A stretch of DNA of 64,000 nt from an uncultured Gammaproteobacteria bacterium (lineage in GTDB: Bacteria > Patescibacteriota > Microgenomatia > UBA10105 > UBA927): assembly GCA_964527425.1 (NCBI GenBank), contig CAZGOA010000003.1:97048-161047 (forward strand), written 5' to 3'. Shown here in pieces: positions 39,193 through 49,844 of the stretch. Numbering within the stretch: the stretch's first letter is position 1; each line of letters starts with the position of its first letter. The position numbers and the translations under genes were made by a program. The notes below the pieces were generated by a model. It made no database searches. It saw only the letters and a list, made by a program, of their open reading frames with translations, and was not told the origin of the DNA.

Positions 39193-40385
39193 TTATTGGA
39201 GTTTAATTCGTTGCCCTTCAGTTAATCCAGAAGTTATTTCAGTAAATTCACCATTTTTAACACCAAGCGTGATTGTTTGTTCTGCATTGTTGCGGCCGTT
39301 TATTACTGTTACGTAATAGGTTTCATCGCGTTTGTTAATAGTTCTGTTTGGAACAACTAATACATTTTCCCGTGTGTTAGTTTGAATTGAAACAGTTGCA
39401 GTCATGCCGCCATAGACTGGCTGATCTGTTGTTTGTATACGTATATATGCTGTATACGAAACCACACTATTACTTTTGCTTCCAACTTCATCAATTCGCT
39501 CAACTATACCTGTGAATTGTTTATCTGGAAACGCATCAAATACTACTTCTGCCTCAACTCCTTGCGTAAGTTTAGCAACATCAAGTTCACTCAGTTGAAT
39601 AACAACGATGGTACCTGCGTAATTGTTTGGAGCAATATACGCCAATGGCTGTCCGCTGGTCTTTGCCATAACTGCAGTTCCTTTATCAACCGAAAGATTT
39701 TTTATAACTCCATCTATTGGTGCTTTTATTTTTCCATTGGAGGTTGCCTGATAAGCATAAAGTGCAGCAGTAAGAGCACTTTGAGCAGTTTCAATGGCAC
39801 TATCACTGTTTATATACTTTTTTCTGCAGAAGAAAACGCGTTGAGAGCGGATGTATATGCAGATTCAATACTATCAATTTCATCTTGCGTATATGCAAGT
39901 CCAGTAGCTGGATTAGTGCGGCCAGTATTTCTTCGATCTTTCATCTGCGTCACGTCCAACGATGCATCGATAACAGAACCCCTTGCATCTTCAAGCAATG
40001 CTTGATTGGCAATTTTTTGTTGTTTTACAGCATTAAGCTGCGTCAATGCAGTTTGATAGCTTGCGTATGCTTGAGATCTCTCTATATCATTTGCAGAACT
40101 TTGAATAGTAAATAATTCTTGCCCTTTTACAACCTGATCGCCATTTTGTACAGACAATGATTCTATAATCCCTGTGGATGATGAATAAACAGCAAGATAC
40201 CCGGAAGTACTGACTTCTCCTGCTGCAACAATCTCTTCAGATATGGTTGCCTTAGAAACAATATGCTCACTAGTTTGGTTACGAGAAGTAAAATTATTTC
40301 TGAATAAAACAACTAACACAACACAAACAATTACTACTATTAATCCATTTCTCGATACTAAATATTTTTTAATCATTTGATGCAC
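39193..40385 (-). pseudogene. Efflux periplasmic adaptor (HlyD/MacA-like) split by a 1-nt frameshift (real lesion or sequencing error)
   Basis: ORFs 39810-40385 and 39193-39669 join if the A6 run at 39818-39823 is A7: AEKKYINSDSAIETAQ...IKAPIDGVIKNLSVDKG. Confidence 0.8.
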
Positions 40386-40565
40386 CGGTAAAAAACAATA
40401 CCTTATTATGTCTTATCTTTTTCCATGAAACAATTATTAATCTCACTACACAAACTTCAAAAAATGAATAATCAAACTATAAAAAATAAAATTTAGGTTG
40501 TCATATATGGATAAATTATTTCATGCTTGACAAGTTCCGAGTTCAATTCATATAGTGATAAACAT

Positions 40566-41093
40566 ATGGAAGAAACAACACCAACACCTCAACCACAAAA
40601 AAAAGATAATGCCATTATTTTTTATATTCTTGGCGGACTTATTATAACAGCGATTATTGTTGCAGGTTTTATCTTAATGCCGAAGGGAACAAGTGAAACA
40701 CCACAACAACCAGTATTAGGAGAAACTGTAGTTGTTCCAACAGCAGCGCCAACTGCACCAGGTCCAATTACTGCTCTCTCATGTACAGACCAGTTTTATA
40801 ACACTGTAAATGGTGTTCCAGAGAACTATTACCTGACAACAGCAGGTGAATCACCAACTGCAGCTGGACAAGTTACCTGTACGTTAACTGCAACCTTAGC
40901 AAATAATGAAGTATTAGCAACTCAAGTAGTTACACCGACAATGAGTGCAAATACAGAAAGAGGCGGTAATACATTTAGATGTACCACTCAAGGTCTAAAA
41001 CTGAGAGCAAATGTTCCTGTTAAAGTAACGACAGAATTGCGAGATGCAAACGGAAACGTTTCAAACTGCAATAGAACTTTCTTATTACCTTAA
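40566..41093 (+). CDS. Single-TM surface protein with P/T-rich linker and 4-Cys domain
   Basis: TM, PTAAPTAP linker; start reassigned to MEETT. Confidence 0.75.
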   Translation: MEETTPTPQPQKKDNAIIFYILGGLIITAIIVAGFILMPKGTSETPQQPVLGETVVVPTAAPTAPGPITALSCTDQFYNTVNGVPENYYLTTAGESPTAAGQVTCTLTATLANNEVLATQVVTPTMSANTERGGNTFRCTTQGLKLRANVPVKVTTELRDANGNVSNCNRTFLLP

Positions 41094-41110
41094 TTGAGAC
41101 ACTGTTTAAA

Positions 41111-41140
41111 GGCCGTTGGAAAAGCCAGCGGCCTTTTTTT
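41111..41140 (+). terminator. Intrinsic terminator
   Basis: GGCCGTTGG-AAAAG-CCAGCGGCC-T7. Confidence 0.85.
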
Positions 41141-41184
41141 GTGGTTGATGATATTATTAACCCTTTGTTACAATCATTATCTAC

Positions 41185-41256
41185 GCCTAGGTAGTTCAGT
41201 GGTAGAACATTTTCTTGGTAAGAAAAAGGTCGCGGGTCCGATTCCCGCCCTAGGCT
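41185..41256 (+). tRNA. tRNA-Thr(GGT)
   Basis: GCCTAGG/CCTAGGC acceptor, TTGGTAA loop, T-loop TCCGATT. Confidence 0.93.
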
Positions 41257-41280
41257 CCCATGGTATACTAAATTATTACT

Positions 41281-42114
41281 ATGAATAGTATTCTGTCCCT
41301 ATTTAGTTTTTTTATTTTGGCTGCCGAGACGATTATTTCTCCGCTTTCATTATATGCTGTTAATAAACCACTTAAGACATTCGGCATGATAAGTGAATCC
41401 GTTAATATCCTTGGAATATCAGATTCAGATACTCCCTCCGACAATAAGCCAACTAAAAAGGTAAAGATAGCGCTTCTGGGTGATTCTATGATTGATACTC
41501 TCGGACCTGATTTTCCTGCATTAAAACAAATACTCAAAGATACTTTTCCTCATGTTGAGGCAGATATTCTTAATTATGGAGCTGGTGGAACAAATATCGA
41601 TTACGGCATAGAGCGCATTACTTCTGACTATGAATATTTAGGTAATAGAATTTCATCATTAGCATCACAACAGCCAGATATCGTTATCATTGAATCATTC
41701 GGATATAATCCATATCCCTTTGATGCTGGAGCTCTTGATACCCATTGGCTGGCTTTAGCCAAAGCAGTTGATACAGTTAAGCAAACTATTCCTAGCGCAA
41801 AAATAATTATTGCCGCAACGATAGCCCCAAATGAAACAACCTTTACACAAGGTGCTTTAGGACTGAATTTCACTCCTGAAGAACGCAAGACAAAGACAAC
41901 TATTATCAAATCTTATTTAGAATCTACTATACGATTTGCAAATGGCGAAAAACTGCCTTTAGCTGATGCGTATACTGCAAGTCTTACGAATACAGGAACC
42001 GGAAATACCGTTTTTATCAATCCAGGAGATAATATTCATCCCTCTGATGAAGGGAAAATGCTGTTTGCCCAAGCGATACTGGCTACAATACAACACTATA
42101 CAATGATAGAATAA
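41281..42114 (+). CDS. SGNH/GDSL hydrolase, secreted
   Basis: LGDSM, NYGAGG, GYN, DNIHP. Confidence 0.88.
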   Translation: MNSILSLFSFFILAAETIISPLSLYAVNKPLKTFGMISESVNILGISDSDTPSDNKPTKKVKIALLGDSMIDTLGPDFPALKQILKDTFPHVEADILNYGAGGTNIDYGIERITSDYEYLGNRISSLASQQPDIVIIESFGYNPYPFDAGALDTHWLALAKAVDTVKQTIPSAKIIIAATIAPNETTFTQGALGLNFTPEERKTKTTIIKSYLESTIRFANGEKLPLADAYTASLTNTGTGNTVFINPGDNIHPSDEGKMLFAQAILATIQHYTMIE

Positions 42115-42232
42115 GAACCACAGAACGCTCCCTCTTGGAGAGTTTTCTTATTTAGGGTATAATCACTCTATTGTTGAAGAATTTGGATAAGTACTAAATA
42201 TCTATTTTTTCACCAATCCAAAAAATGTATTT

Positions 42233-42406
42233 ATGGCAAAAAAAGAACAACGCATATTAGTTGCACTTATCTGTACAGTCTGTAAAAGTCAAAATTACTT
42301 AACAGAACGCAGTAAACTGAATACACCAGAAAAATTAAAACTAGTGAAATACTGCAAAAAATGCTTAAAGCATACAGAACATAAAGAATCAAATAAACTA
42401 GACTAA
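42233..42406 (+). CDS. rpmG: 50S ribosomal protein L33 (Zn-binding form), not in the ORF track
   Basis: MAKKEQRILVALICTVCKSQNYLTERSKLNTPEKLKLVKYCKKCLKHTEHKE. Confidence 0.96.
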   Translation: MAKKEQRILVALICTVCKSQNYLTERSKLNTPEKLKLVKYCKKCLKHTEHKESNKLD

Positions 42407-42459
42407 TTCCCCTGTTTTAAATTAGTTCATTTTTCCTTTGTACTTGTTATACTGAGAGT

Positions 42460-42969
42460 ATGCATCGGAATACGTTTTATTTCATTGTTATCTTAGGAAT
42501 TTTTGCCGCAATCGTTGTAGGCGTAAACATTGGAAGAAGTGCTTTACCCAATACTAACCAAACGCAAACGACTACACCAACACAAGCACTTACTACTCCA
42601 ACTCCCGAACTTGTTATGTACCAAAGTAAGCAATGCGGAATTTCTTTTTCCTACCCTGATAAATTCAATAAAATAGATATTGAGACAGGTGGAGCGACAC
42701 TAGTGAATAAAGAAAACACTAATGAATCAATAATCTTAGTTTGCCAGAAAGATATTCCCAGAATTCCATTAACAGATGACAAAATTGAGCAAAGAGCTAT
42801 TGGCACTGTCTCTGCATTTCTTTATCACGATACCTCACAAAAAGATGGAACACCACTAGATAAACTTATTTTTACACATCCAGCGTTAAAAAAAGATGTT
42901 TACATTGCTGGATATGGAGAAACATTTAATAATATTATTTCATCCTTATCGTTATATTCCTCATTATAG
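42460..42969 (+). CDS. Single-TM surface protein (P/T linker, PsbP-like domain)
   Basis: TM, TTTPT..TTPTP, GISFSYP, terminal FNNIISSL. Confidence 0.7.
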   Translation: MHRNTFYFIVILGIFAAIVVGVNIGRSALPNTNQTQTTTPTQALTTPTPELVMYQSKQCGISFSYPDKFNKIDIETGGATLVNKENTNESIILVCQKDIPRIPLTDDKIEQRAIGTVSAFLYHDTSQKDGTPLDKLIFTHPALKKDVYIAGYGETFNNIISSLSLYSSL

Positions 42970-43479
42970 TTCAACATTCTCGTCTGGAATAAACTTTAAC
43001 GCGGTCGCATTTATACAGTATCGCTTTCCAGTTGGCTCTGGTCCATCATCAAACAGATGTCCTAAATGTCCACCACATTTTCTACCAATTACTTCAATGC
43101 GCTTTACACCTAAACTATAGTCTTCTCGTAATACTATAGCGTTCTCGTCTATTGGCGCCCAAAAACTTGGCCATCCTGTACCAGAATCATATTTTTGTTC
43201 TGAGCGAAATACAGGCTCATTACAATCAGCAGTAACATATGTCCCACTTTCATGATTAGTTAACATTTCTGGATGACTAAAAGGCTTTTCTGTTCCTTTT
43301 TCTCTGAGGATGTAATATTGTTCTTGCGTGAGTAGTTCCTTCCATTCTTTATCTGTTTTTAGAATCTCTGCTGTATACTCATCTGTTTTTATCTCAATCT
43401 GATTATATTGTTGTAACAATATAAATCCTAACGCAGAGAATATACCCATGACCGATAATACGAGAACAAGACGTTTCAT
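42964..43479 (-). CDS. msrB: Peptide methionine (R)-sulfoxide reductase with N-terminal membrane anchor
   Basis: EKGTEKPF, SGTGWPSF, HLGHLFDDGP, RYCIN. Confidence 0.96.
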   Translation of the reverse strand: MKRLVLVLSVMGIFSALGFILLQQYNQIEIKTDEYTAEILKTDKEWKELLTQEQYYILREKGTEKPFSHPEMLTNHESGTYVTADCNEPVFRSEQKYDSGTGWPSFWAPIDENAIVLREDYSLGVKRIEVIGRKCGGHLGHLFDDGPEPTGKRYCINATALKFIPDENVEL

Positions 43480-43618
43480 GGTGTCATGATAACAGATAAG
43501 TTTTAAGAATACTAAATAGACCCAATGATACCCTATATGAACACTAATATTCCTCAGATGTTATCCCTATAAAATACTGATATAATTAACTAATCATTCT
43601 AAAAAAATTAAGTTCTAT

Positions 43619-43692
43619 AGGGCTGTCGTTCAATGGTAGGACAGCGGTCTCCAAAACCGCCAATGCGGGTTCGATTCCCTCCAGCCCTGCCA
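43619..43692 (+). tRNA. tRNA-Trp(CCA)
   Basis: AGGGCTG/CAGCCCT acceptor, CTCCAAA loop, G73-CCA. Confidence 0.95.
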
Positions 43693-43960
43693 GCTAAACG
43701 GCTATTTATGGCATAAAATAGCCTTAATATTGCACAAACAATACGCCTAATGATCACACCTGAGTTAGTAGATTAATTTAGATACATATTCAAATTAAAA
43801 GCGGTCTCCACAATCGCTCGGTACTTCGAAGCAGTTTTTGTATTATCTACATCTGGGATAAATAAAAAAATAAAAAATATTGTTGTAACAATCCCACTAA
43901 GACCCGAGGTTGAACATTTACTCCATTTTTAAACCTTAGCATACTTGATACACTGCGAAT

Positions 43961-44476
43961 ATGCCTAAAGTAATACTGTATATCGCACAAAGCCTTGATG
44001 GATATATTGCAACAAAAGACGGAAGCATCTCCTGGCTTGACTCGTACAATACGATCGACTATGGATACAATCAATTCCTCAAGTCAATAGATATCATCGT
44101 CATGGGCTCAATAACCTACGAACAGGTGCTTTCCTTCGGTAATTACCCGTATAACGATAAAATTTCGTATATTCATACGAAACGTCCAATGAACAAACCG
44201 CAAAACGCAGATATTACATTTATGCCAACTTTTTCAAAAAAACTCTATGAAGATCTTGATCCCAATAAAACCGTTTGGATTGTCGGTGGAGCTCATATAA
44301 TCCAAACCTTCATGCAACATAATCTGGTAACCGACTATCAGATTTTCACAATGCCAGTCATTCTTGGGTCCGGTATACCACTTTTTCTTGAAACTAAACC
44401 ACAACATCTTATTGCCCAAACGTCTCAAAAATATAAGAATGGAGTTATACTGACAACTTATACGGTGCATCAATAA
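43961..44476 (+). CDS. Dihydrofolate reductase/RibD C-terminal family protein
   Basis: IAQSLDGYIA, VMGSITY, WIVGG, PVILGSGIPLF. Confidence 0.9.
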   Translation: MPKVILYIAQSLDGYIATKDGSISWLDSYNTIDYGYNQFLKSIDIIVMGSITYEQVLSFGNYPYNDKISYIHTKRPMNKPQNADITFMPTFSKKLYEDLDPNKTVWIVGGAHIIQTFMQHNLVTDYQIFTMPVILGSGIPLFLETKPQHLIAQTSQKYKNGVILTTYTVHQ

Positions 44477-44610
44477 AATCAGTTTGATAACACAATTTAA
44501 AGTAATTTAATAAGCCCTCTACATAGCCTAAAAACGTAATAATAACAGTATATAAATATCCTTCTGTAATACCCAGTGAGACATAGTCCTATAGTATATT
44601 TACGAAAACT

Positions 44611-45357
44611 ATGGTATACTTTTATTTCATATTCTTAATGACTATGGAACAATCTACATACACATATTCTGATCTTGTCGGATCAGTGAAAAAAGCTTAT
44701 GCAGATGCAGACCTATTTTGTGATCGCAACAAATTAGGATTTGTTGATAGCATCACCCACATTAGTCCAGGATCGTTTTTAAGTCGTACTCTCGATCAGT
44801 ACAATGACTTGCTCTGTGGGAATACAAGAGAAACACTGGAAGACATTATTGACAACTTACCAACAAGGAACATTAAAGTATTAGACATCGGCGGAGGGGC
44901 TGGATATGCACTCATGAAATTAAAAGTACTATTCCCCCATATTGAACCGCATCTTTCTGATGAACGGAATACACCTCTGAATATAGTTGATGGGAATGGT
45001 CTACAACTTGGTAAGTTACATGGGCAGCATCACGTAATTTTCCATCATCTGCATCACTTAAAACTGTTTAGAAATAGAGAATTACATAAACAGTTTATGC
45101 TCATCACAAGTGTATTTAGTGCTTATGATGATACAAACGGACCTTTGTGGCCATTTTTTCTTAAAAGACTTCCCCGCCTTCTTGCTCCAGGAGGCAAAGC
45201 GTTAGTCTTTAATGGTATTTCTCCAACATTACACAAAACAACTGAAGCCATGCTAAAAAACTGGGGTATGCACTACGAATTTCATGAGTGTACATCTTTT
45301 GAACCTCATGAATCACAAAGAGGGAAAAAATTTGGTACCACCATAATCTATGCTTAA
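44611..45357 (+). CDS. Class I SAM-dependent methyltransferase-like protein
   Basis: VLDIGGGAG, RLLAPGGK; true start likely 44638 or 44644. Confidence 0.78.
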   Translation: MVYFYFIFLMTMEQSTYTYSDLVGSVKKAYADADLFCDRNKLGFVDSITHISPGSFLSRTLDQYNDLLCGNTRETLEDIIDNLPTRNIKVLDIGGGAGYALMKLKVLFPHIEPHLSDERNTPLNIVDGNGLQLGKLHGQHHVIFHHLHHLKLFRNRELHKQFMLITSVFSAYDDTNGPLWPFFLKRLPRLLAPGGKALVFNGISPTLHKTTEAMLKNWGMHYEFHECTSFEPHESQRGKKFGTTIIYA

Positions 45358-45609
45358 GTGTTGATTATGTGAACCAATTAATATAACGTTAGATGCCTTA
45401 CAATTATATTTTTTCGTACAGGTATTTTTACACTTCCTTTGACTCACTGACCAAATGAATTAACTAATTAGATAAGCTATTTTAAAAACTAATTATATCC
45501 ATATTAAACGCGTTAATAACTTTGCTTAATGGTATTTGAATAGGGTTATTGAGGTAAGCACAAAAATTTGACATCAGCACTATCACTTTATAGACTAAAA
45601 TAAACAATT

Positions 45610-46140
45610 GTGAAAAAATCTGCCCCAAAAAAATTTAAAACCAGTAATAAAATACTATTACTTTTTTCATTTATTGCATCTGTATTTATTTTTAGTGTAT
45701 TTTTCTTAGCTAATTCAAAACATTCTTTAGATGTCTTAAGTTTTGCAACTGATAATTCCTTTTCATTAAATGCACCGGTTCCTTCAAAATATATTACTCC
45801 AACCAGAACTTTTGGTACACCTACACCAACACCCTCATACTGTATTGATGGAGTAAATACCATTCAATACAGCACCCCTTGTGGGAAAAATAATTTTAGA
45901 TACATTAACTATACATGTGAAAATAAACAATCATTTAAACAAGGATCGAAAACTTCTTGTAAACCGGTAAATGTATGGCTAGTCTATGCACAACAGGATT
46001 GCAAAGTGTGTTCACTTAGTCCAACTCCTAATCAAACAATTACACCAAGTACAGCACCAACAGTGACTCCTACTGCAACTCCAAAAATTACCCCTACATC
46101 TACACCTACTAGCTCTATATACAAATTTTTTAGTCGATAA
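45610..46140 (+). CDS. Single-TM surface protein with a 6-Cys domain and PT-rich repeats
   Basis: TM, TPTPTP, C-terminal TPT repeats. Confidence 0.72.
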   Translation: MKKSAPKKFKTSNKILLLFSFIASVFIFSVFFLANSKHSLDVLSFATDNSFSLNAPVPSKYITPTRTFGTPTPTPSYCIDGVNTIQYSTPCGKNNFRYINYTCENKQSFKQGSKTSCKPVNVWLVYAQQDCKVCSLSPTPNQTITPSTAPTVTPTATPKITPTSTPTSSIYKFFSR

Positions 46141-46199
46141 GAGTTGTAAATCTGCATACATCTTGTTTTTTTATACTAAATTTAGAACAATAATTATGT

Positions 46200-46936
46200 A
46201 TGGAATTGAATAACACTATTGAGCCTGAAATTCCCTCACAAATCCTGTTCAAAATTCAATTCCAGAATATCCAACTAATAATCTTAGAACTCTCCTACCG
46301 GCTATTTTAGGCGTCTTAATTCTCTTATTCATCGTCTCAGGTGGTGCATATTATTTAGGAACACAAAAAAATTGCTCAACGAATCAAACTCTAAATAACA
46401 ACACTATTGCATCTGTACAACCTGCTCTAACTCAAACCGATTCAAACCTTGATCCAAGTTCTGCTAACAGTATGAATGATGTAAATGTATATAAACATCC
46501 CAAAGCATTTTACACTTTAGAATATCCTGTAAACTGGAACGGCTCGACCGAACCAATACCATCAGAAGTAAAGCAAGAATATGAGGATTATAATATCCGA
46601 AGTAGTGACTATCAGTTATCTGAAGGCTATCCTATATTAGAAAAGGGAGTTGAGATTTTAATAAGAGTAGAAAACTCAAATGAAAAAACAATTGACGAGG
46701 TTTTTAACAAAGACCCATTAGCTCCACAAATAGCCCAGAACAAAATAAAAACTACAGTGGATGGCCAAGAAGCGATTCAGTATGATTATAGTTATGAAGG
46801 ACAGAATGCTACAATAACAGTCTTTCTTAACAATGGCAAATACTATTCGTTAAAATATCGGTATGCAAATAACGCAGATATGCAATCAGAGTTGAATACC
46901 TATCTTAATCTCCTGAAATCTTTCAAAACTGAATAA
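46200..46936 (+). pseudogene. PsbP-like single-TM surface protein with an early 1-nt frameshift
   Basis: The frame of ORF 46472 stays open upstream through a TM (LPAILGVLILLFIVSGGAYYLG) to ~46230; ATG 46200 (MELNNTIEPEIPSQ) lies in another frame. Confidence 0.68.
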
Positions 46937-47090
46937 TTTACTAGTTAATCTTAAATGCCAAATAAACATACACTTACAACATTCATATACTAGTCTATTG
47001 CGTAAGAATTCTTAAAGCTATATCCATCAACCTGAATTATCTGACCAATTCGTAAAAATCCTGATACAATAGTTGTTAGAATTTATAGTT

Positions 47091-48692
47091 ATGCGTTTGA
47101 AACTCTTTTTAATATTTTTTCTTGCGTTAATCTTACGGACTATATGGCTATCAACTCTGCCCAATGGTGTATTTACAGATGAAGTAGTTAGTGGGTATGT
47201 AGGGAGATTTATTTTGGAACATGGTAAGGATATTTATGGGAACACTCTCCCTCTACTTTACTTTGATAAATTTGGTGATTATCGAGTAATTCTTCCTATG
47301 TATCTAAAAGGAGCAGCAACATACATCTTTGGAACGACTGTCTTTGCATTACGGATTGTTCCAGCTGTATTTGGTGCCTTGGCTGTTATTCCTCTCTTTT
47401 ATGTTGTTTATTCTTTAACTAAAAAAGAATCCATAGCTTATCTTTCATCATTCTTTCTAGCTATAACCCCCTGGCATATTCTCTTATCGCGTGCAGAATC
47501 AGAAGGTATTATGGGATTAACACTTTTTCTCTTTGCTATGTACCTTTTTTTGCAGCCTTCTTCTAAAAAAATCTATCTTGGTGGCATACTTTTTTTCTTA
47601 ACATATTTTTTCTACCCTGCTTTTCGACTTACAAGCCCGCTAATTGCATGGCTTTTTTTTCTGTATCCAACAGAAACTAGCAACAAAAAACCGCAAATAG
47701 TTGTTGCAATACTTCTTACGATCATTACGGTTCTAATTATACAAACTCCATTTGGTGGAGGTAGATTTAATCAAACTTCTTTTTTTGCAAATAAAGATAT
47801 TGCAGAAAATATCAATGCAATAAATAGTAACTATGCTCAAGCGCATGGACCCGGAAATGCACGAATAGCATATTTATTTCATAACAGAATAACGGCTTAT
47901 GCCCGGGAATTTATTATTAATTCAGCAACATATGTTTCTCCCCAATTTTTATTCTTATACGGTGGGAAACCTGAGCGATATAGTGTTCCATCATTCGGGC
48001 TTTTACCAATCTTGTTTGGATTCTTTATGTTATGGGGGTTACTAGAAGGTAAAAAGTACAAAAAAATTAATATACTTTTATTTGCTTTTTCCATTATAAG
48101 TATACTCCCCGCTTCTCTCACTGCAGATGACATTCCGAATATCCATAGAAGTCTTCTGCTGAGTATCCCCTTAATACTATTTGCTGCAATAGGATTTAAC
48201 CTGCTCATTCAGCAAAAAAGTATACTTATGAAATCAATTACTATTCTAAGTCTTGTGCTGTTAATTGTAGAACTAATACTCTTTTGGCATCATTATCTGT
48301 ATCTTTCTCCATCGTATAAAAGTGTCTTGAGAGGTGATGGCCTATGGCAGGGAGCTCAAAGACTCATAGAGCTAAAACCCAACTATGAACATATTTACTC
48401 AACGACATTTGAAGATTTTCCTATCTATGTACTTTATCAGATGAACCGATTCGATAGTCATTTTGCAGGAAAATTTACCCATGGTTCATTATATATACCA
48501 CAGCTTGATACTATTACGTTTATTCCCCACCCCTGTCCACAACCTGATGATATAGAAATAAAGGGTGCTACACTACTTGTGGTAAATGGTGACTGCGAAA
48601 TGAAGTTACATGAACATGATAGAAAGTTAGAAACGATTTACAGGAAAGATCAAACTCAAGCTCTGCATTTTATTGAAGTAACGAATCAATAA
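47091..48692 (+). CDS. ArnT/PMT-like (GT-C) glycosyltransferase
   Basis: LR..WL...PNG.FTDE, G.D.YG..LP, ITPWHILLSR; start reassigned to MRLK. Confidence 0.85.
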   Translation: MRLKLFLIFFLALILRTIWLSTLPNGVFTDEVVSGYVGRFILEHGKDIYGNTLPLLYFDKFGDYRVILPMYLKGAATYIFGTTVFALRIVPAVFGALAVIPLFYVVYSLTKKESIAYLSSFFLAITPWHILLSRAESEGIMGLTLFLFAMYLFLQPSSKKIYLGGILFFLTYFFYPAFRLTSPLIAWLFFLYPTETSNKKPQIVVAILLTIITVLIIQTPFGGGRFNQTSFFANKDIAENINAINSNYAQAHGPGNARIAYLFHNRITAYAREFIINSATYVSPQFLFLYGGKPERYSVPSFGLLPILFGFFMLWGLLEGKKYKKINILLFAFSIISILPASLTADDIPNIHRSLLLSIPLILFAAIGFNLLIQQKSILMKSITILSLVLLIVELILFWHHYLYLSPSYKSVLRGDGLWQGAQRLIELKPNYEHIYSTTFEDFPIYVLYQMNRFDSHFAGKFTHGSLYIPQLDTITFIPHPCPQPDDIEIKGATLLVVNGDCEMKLHEHDRKLETIYRKDQTQALHFIEVTNQ

Positions 48693-48693
48693 A

Positions 48694-49668
48694 TCACCTT
48701 CTTGATTCTAAATGAGAAAGAAGATCGTGGAAATTGCAGGTAGCCAGACAGCATCCCTGATCACCGCTTCCATAATAAACATAGAGCTTTTCTTCTACGA
48801 TAACTGCTCCTTCAGGAAAGGTGACATTATTTACTACCCCTGATTTTTCTGCTTCTGTTTCTGGATGTAATAATGGATGTTCTGTAACGGCTAATACTTT
48901 ATGTGGATTATGCAAATCTAATAATGCAGCATTAATCGTCCATTCAGGATGATGAGCTTTATTAGCCGGACAATAAATAAATACCCACCCAAGATCCGTT
49001 TTTATTGGAACAGCACCAACCTCAGCGCCTCTGAATACTGACTCTGGTGGCTTAAATACTACATTCTTTTCGTATTCATCAATATTCTGTGCCATAAAGG
49101 CAGATGGAGGTCTTTTTACTTCTTCAATATCGTCAAATTTTGCATGCATAATTGAGGATAATGGACTGTCAGCCATCCATGTATACAACATATGATAATG
49201 TCCATGAATTTTTTCAGGAAACAACACTGCAGCTTTTGAAGTCGTATGACGAGGACCAACAATTCCATGTTTTTTCCAGTGTTTAAAATCTTTACTCGTA
49301 GCCAGAGCAATACGCACTTCCCACTTTTCCCAAGTGCCCCCAACTGCCGTATAAAACATAAAATATTCATCATCGATTTTTGTCACTCGGGGATCTTCAC
49401 AACCCAAGATACTCTCATAGTCTTTATCGGGAGAAATAAGAGGCTCATCATGCCGTACAAAATGAATACCATCAGTACTTTCCGCATAGCCAATACTTGA
49501 CATATAGCCACCTTGTTCGTAATTTTTAATGTCATTTGTAGCCCTATAAACCAATCGAAACACGCCATCTTCATACAATACACTCGGATTAAATACAGAC
49601 CCTGCCTCCCAAACACGATCAGGATTCTTTTGCAGAATTGGGTTCTCAGGATGACGATCAAGATGCAT
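48694..49668 (-). CDS. GH130 family glycoside phosphorylase/hydrolase
   Basis: NPIL, VFNPSV, SIGYAES.DG, GCEDPRV, NVTFPEG, YYGSGD. Confidence 0.88.
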   Translation of the reverse strand: MHLDRHPENPILQKNPDRVWEAGSVFNPSVLYEDGVFRLVYRATNDIKNYEQGGYMSSIGYAESTDGIHFVRHDEPLISPDKDYESILGCEDPRVTKIDDEYFMFYTAVGGTWEKWEVRIALATSKDFKHWKKHGIVGPRHTTSKAAVLFPEKIHGHYHMLYTWMADSPLSSIMHAKFDDIEEVKRPPSAFMAQNIDEYEKNVVFKPPESVFRGAEVGAVPIKTDLGWVFIYCPANKAHHPEWTINAALLDLHNPHKVLAVTEHPLLHPETEAEKSGVVNNVTFPEGAVIVEEKLYVYYGSGDQGCCLATCNFHDLLSHLESRR

Positions 49669-49844
49669 AATTTTAGTATAGCATTAGTTTACTTTTCTAT
49701 TTCTGCATACTAACCACTATCATACATAAGAAATCTATGATTCATACAGCTGGAACCAAGAGCAATATATACTATCTATGAATTTGCACTTAGAAAATAA
49801 CAATTGTTTTAACCTATTGTATTCAGGTATAGTAACAGAATAGT

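Noticed and set aside
39810-39830. Classic programmed -1 frameshift (A_AAA_AAG)
   Set aside because: The zero-frame codons are GAA AAA AGT, so the heptamer is out of phase for tandem slippage; an indel is simpler.
41094-41288. 64-aa ORF
   Set aside because: It spans a terminator and tRNA-Thr(GGT).
43961-44476. Riboflavin biosynthesis gene ribD linked to the flavin module
   Set aside because: No deaminase domain; stand-alone RibD-C/DHFR-like proteins are widespread and it is 39 kb away.
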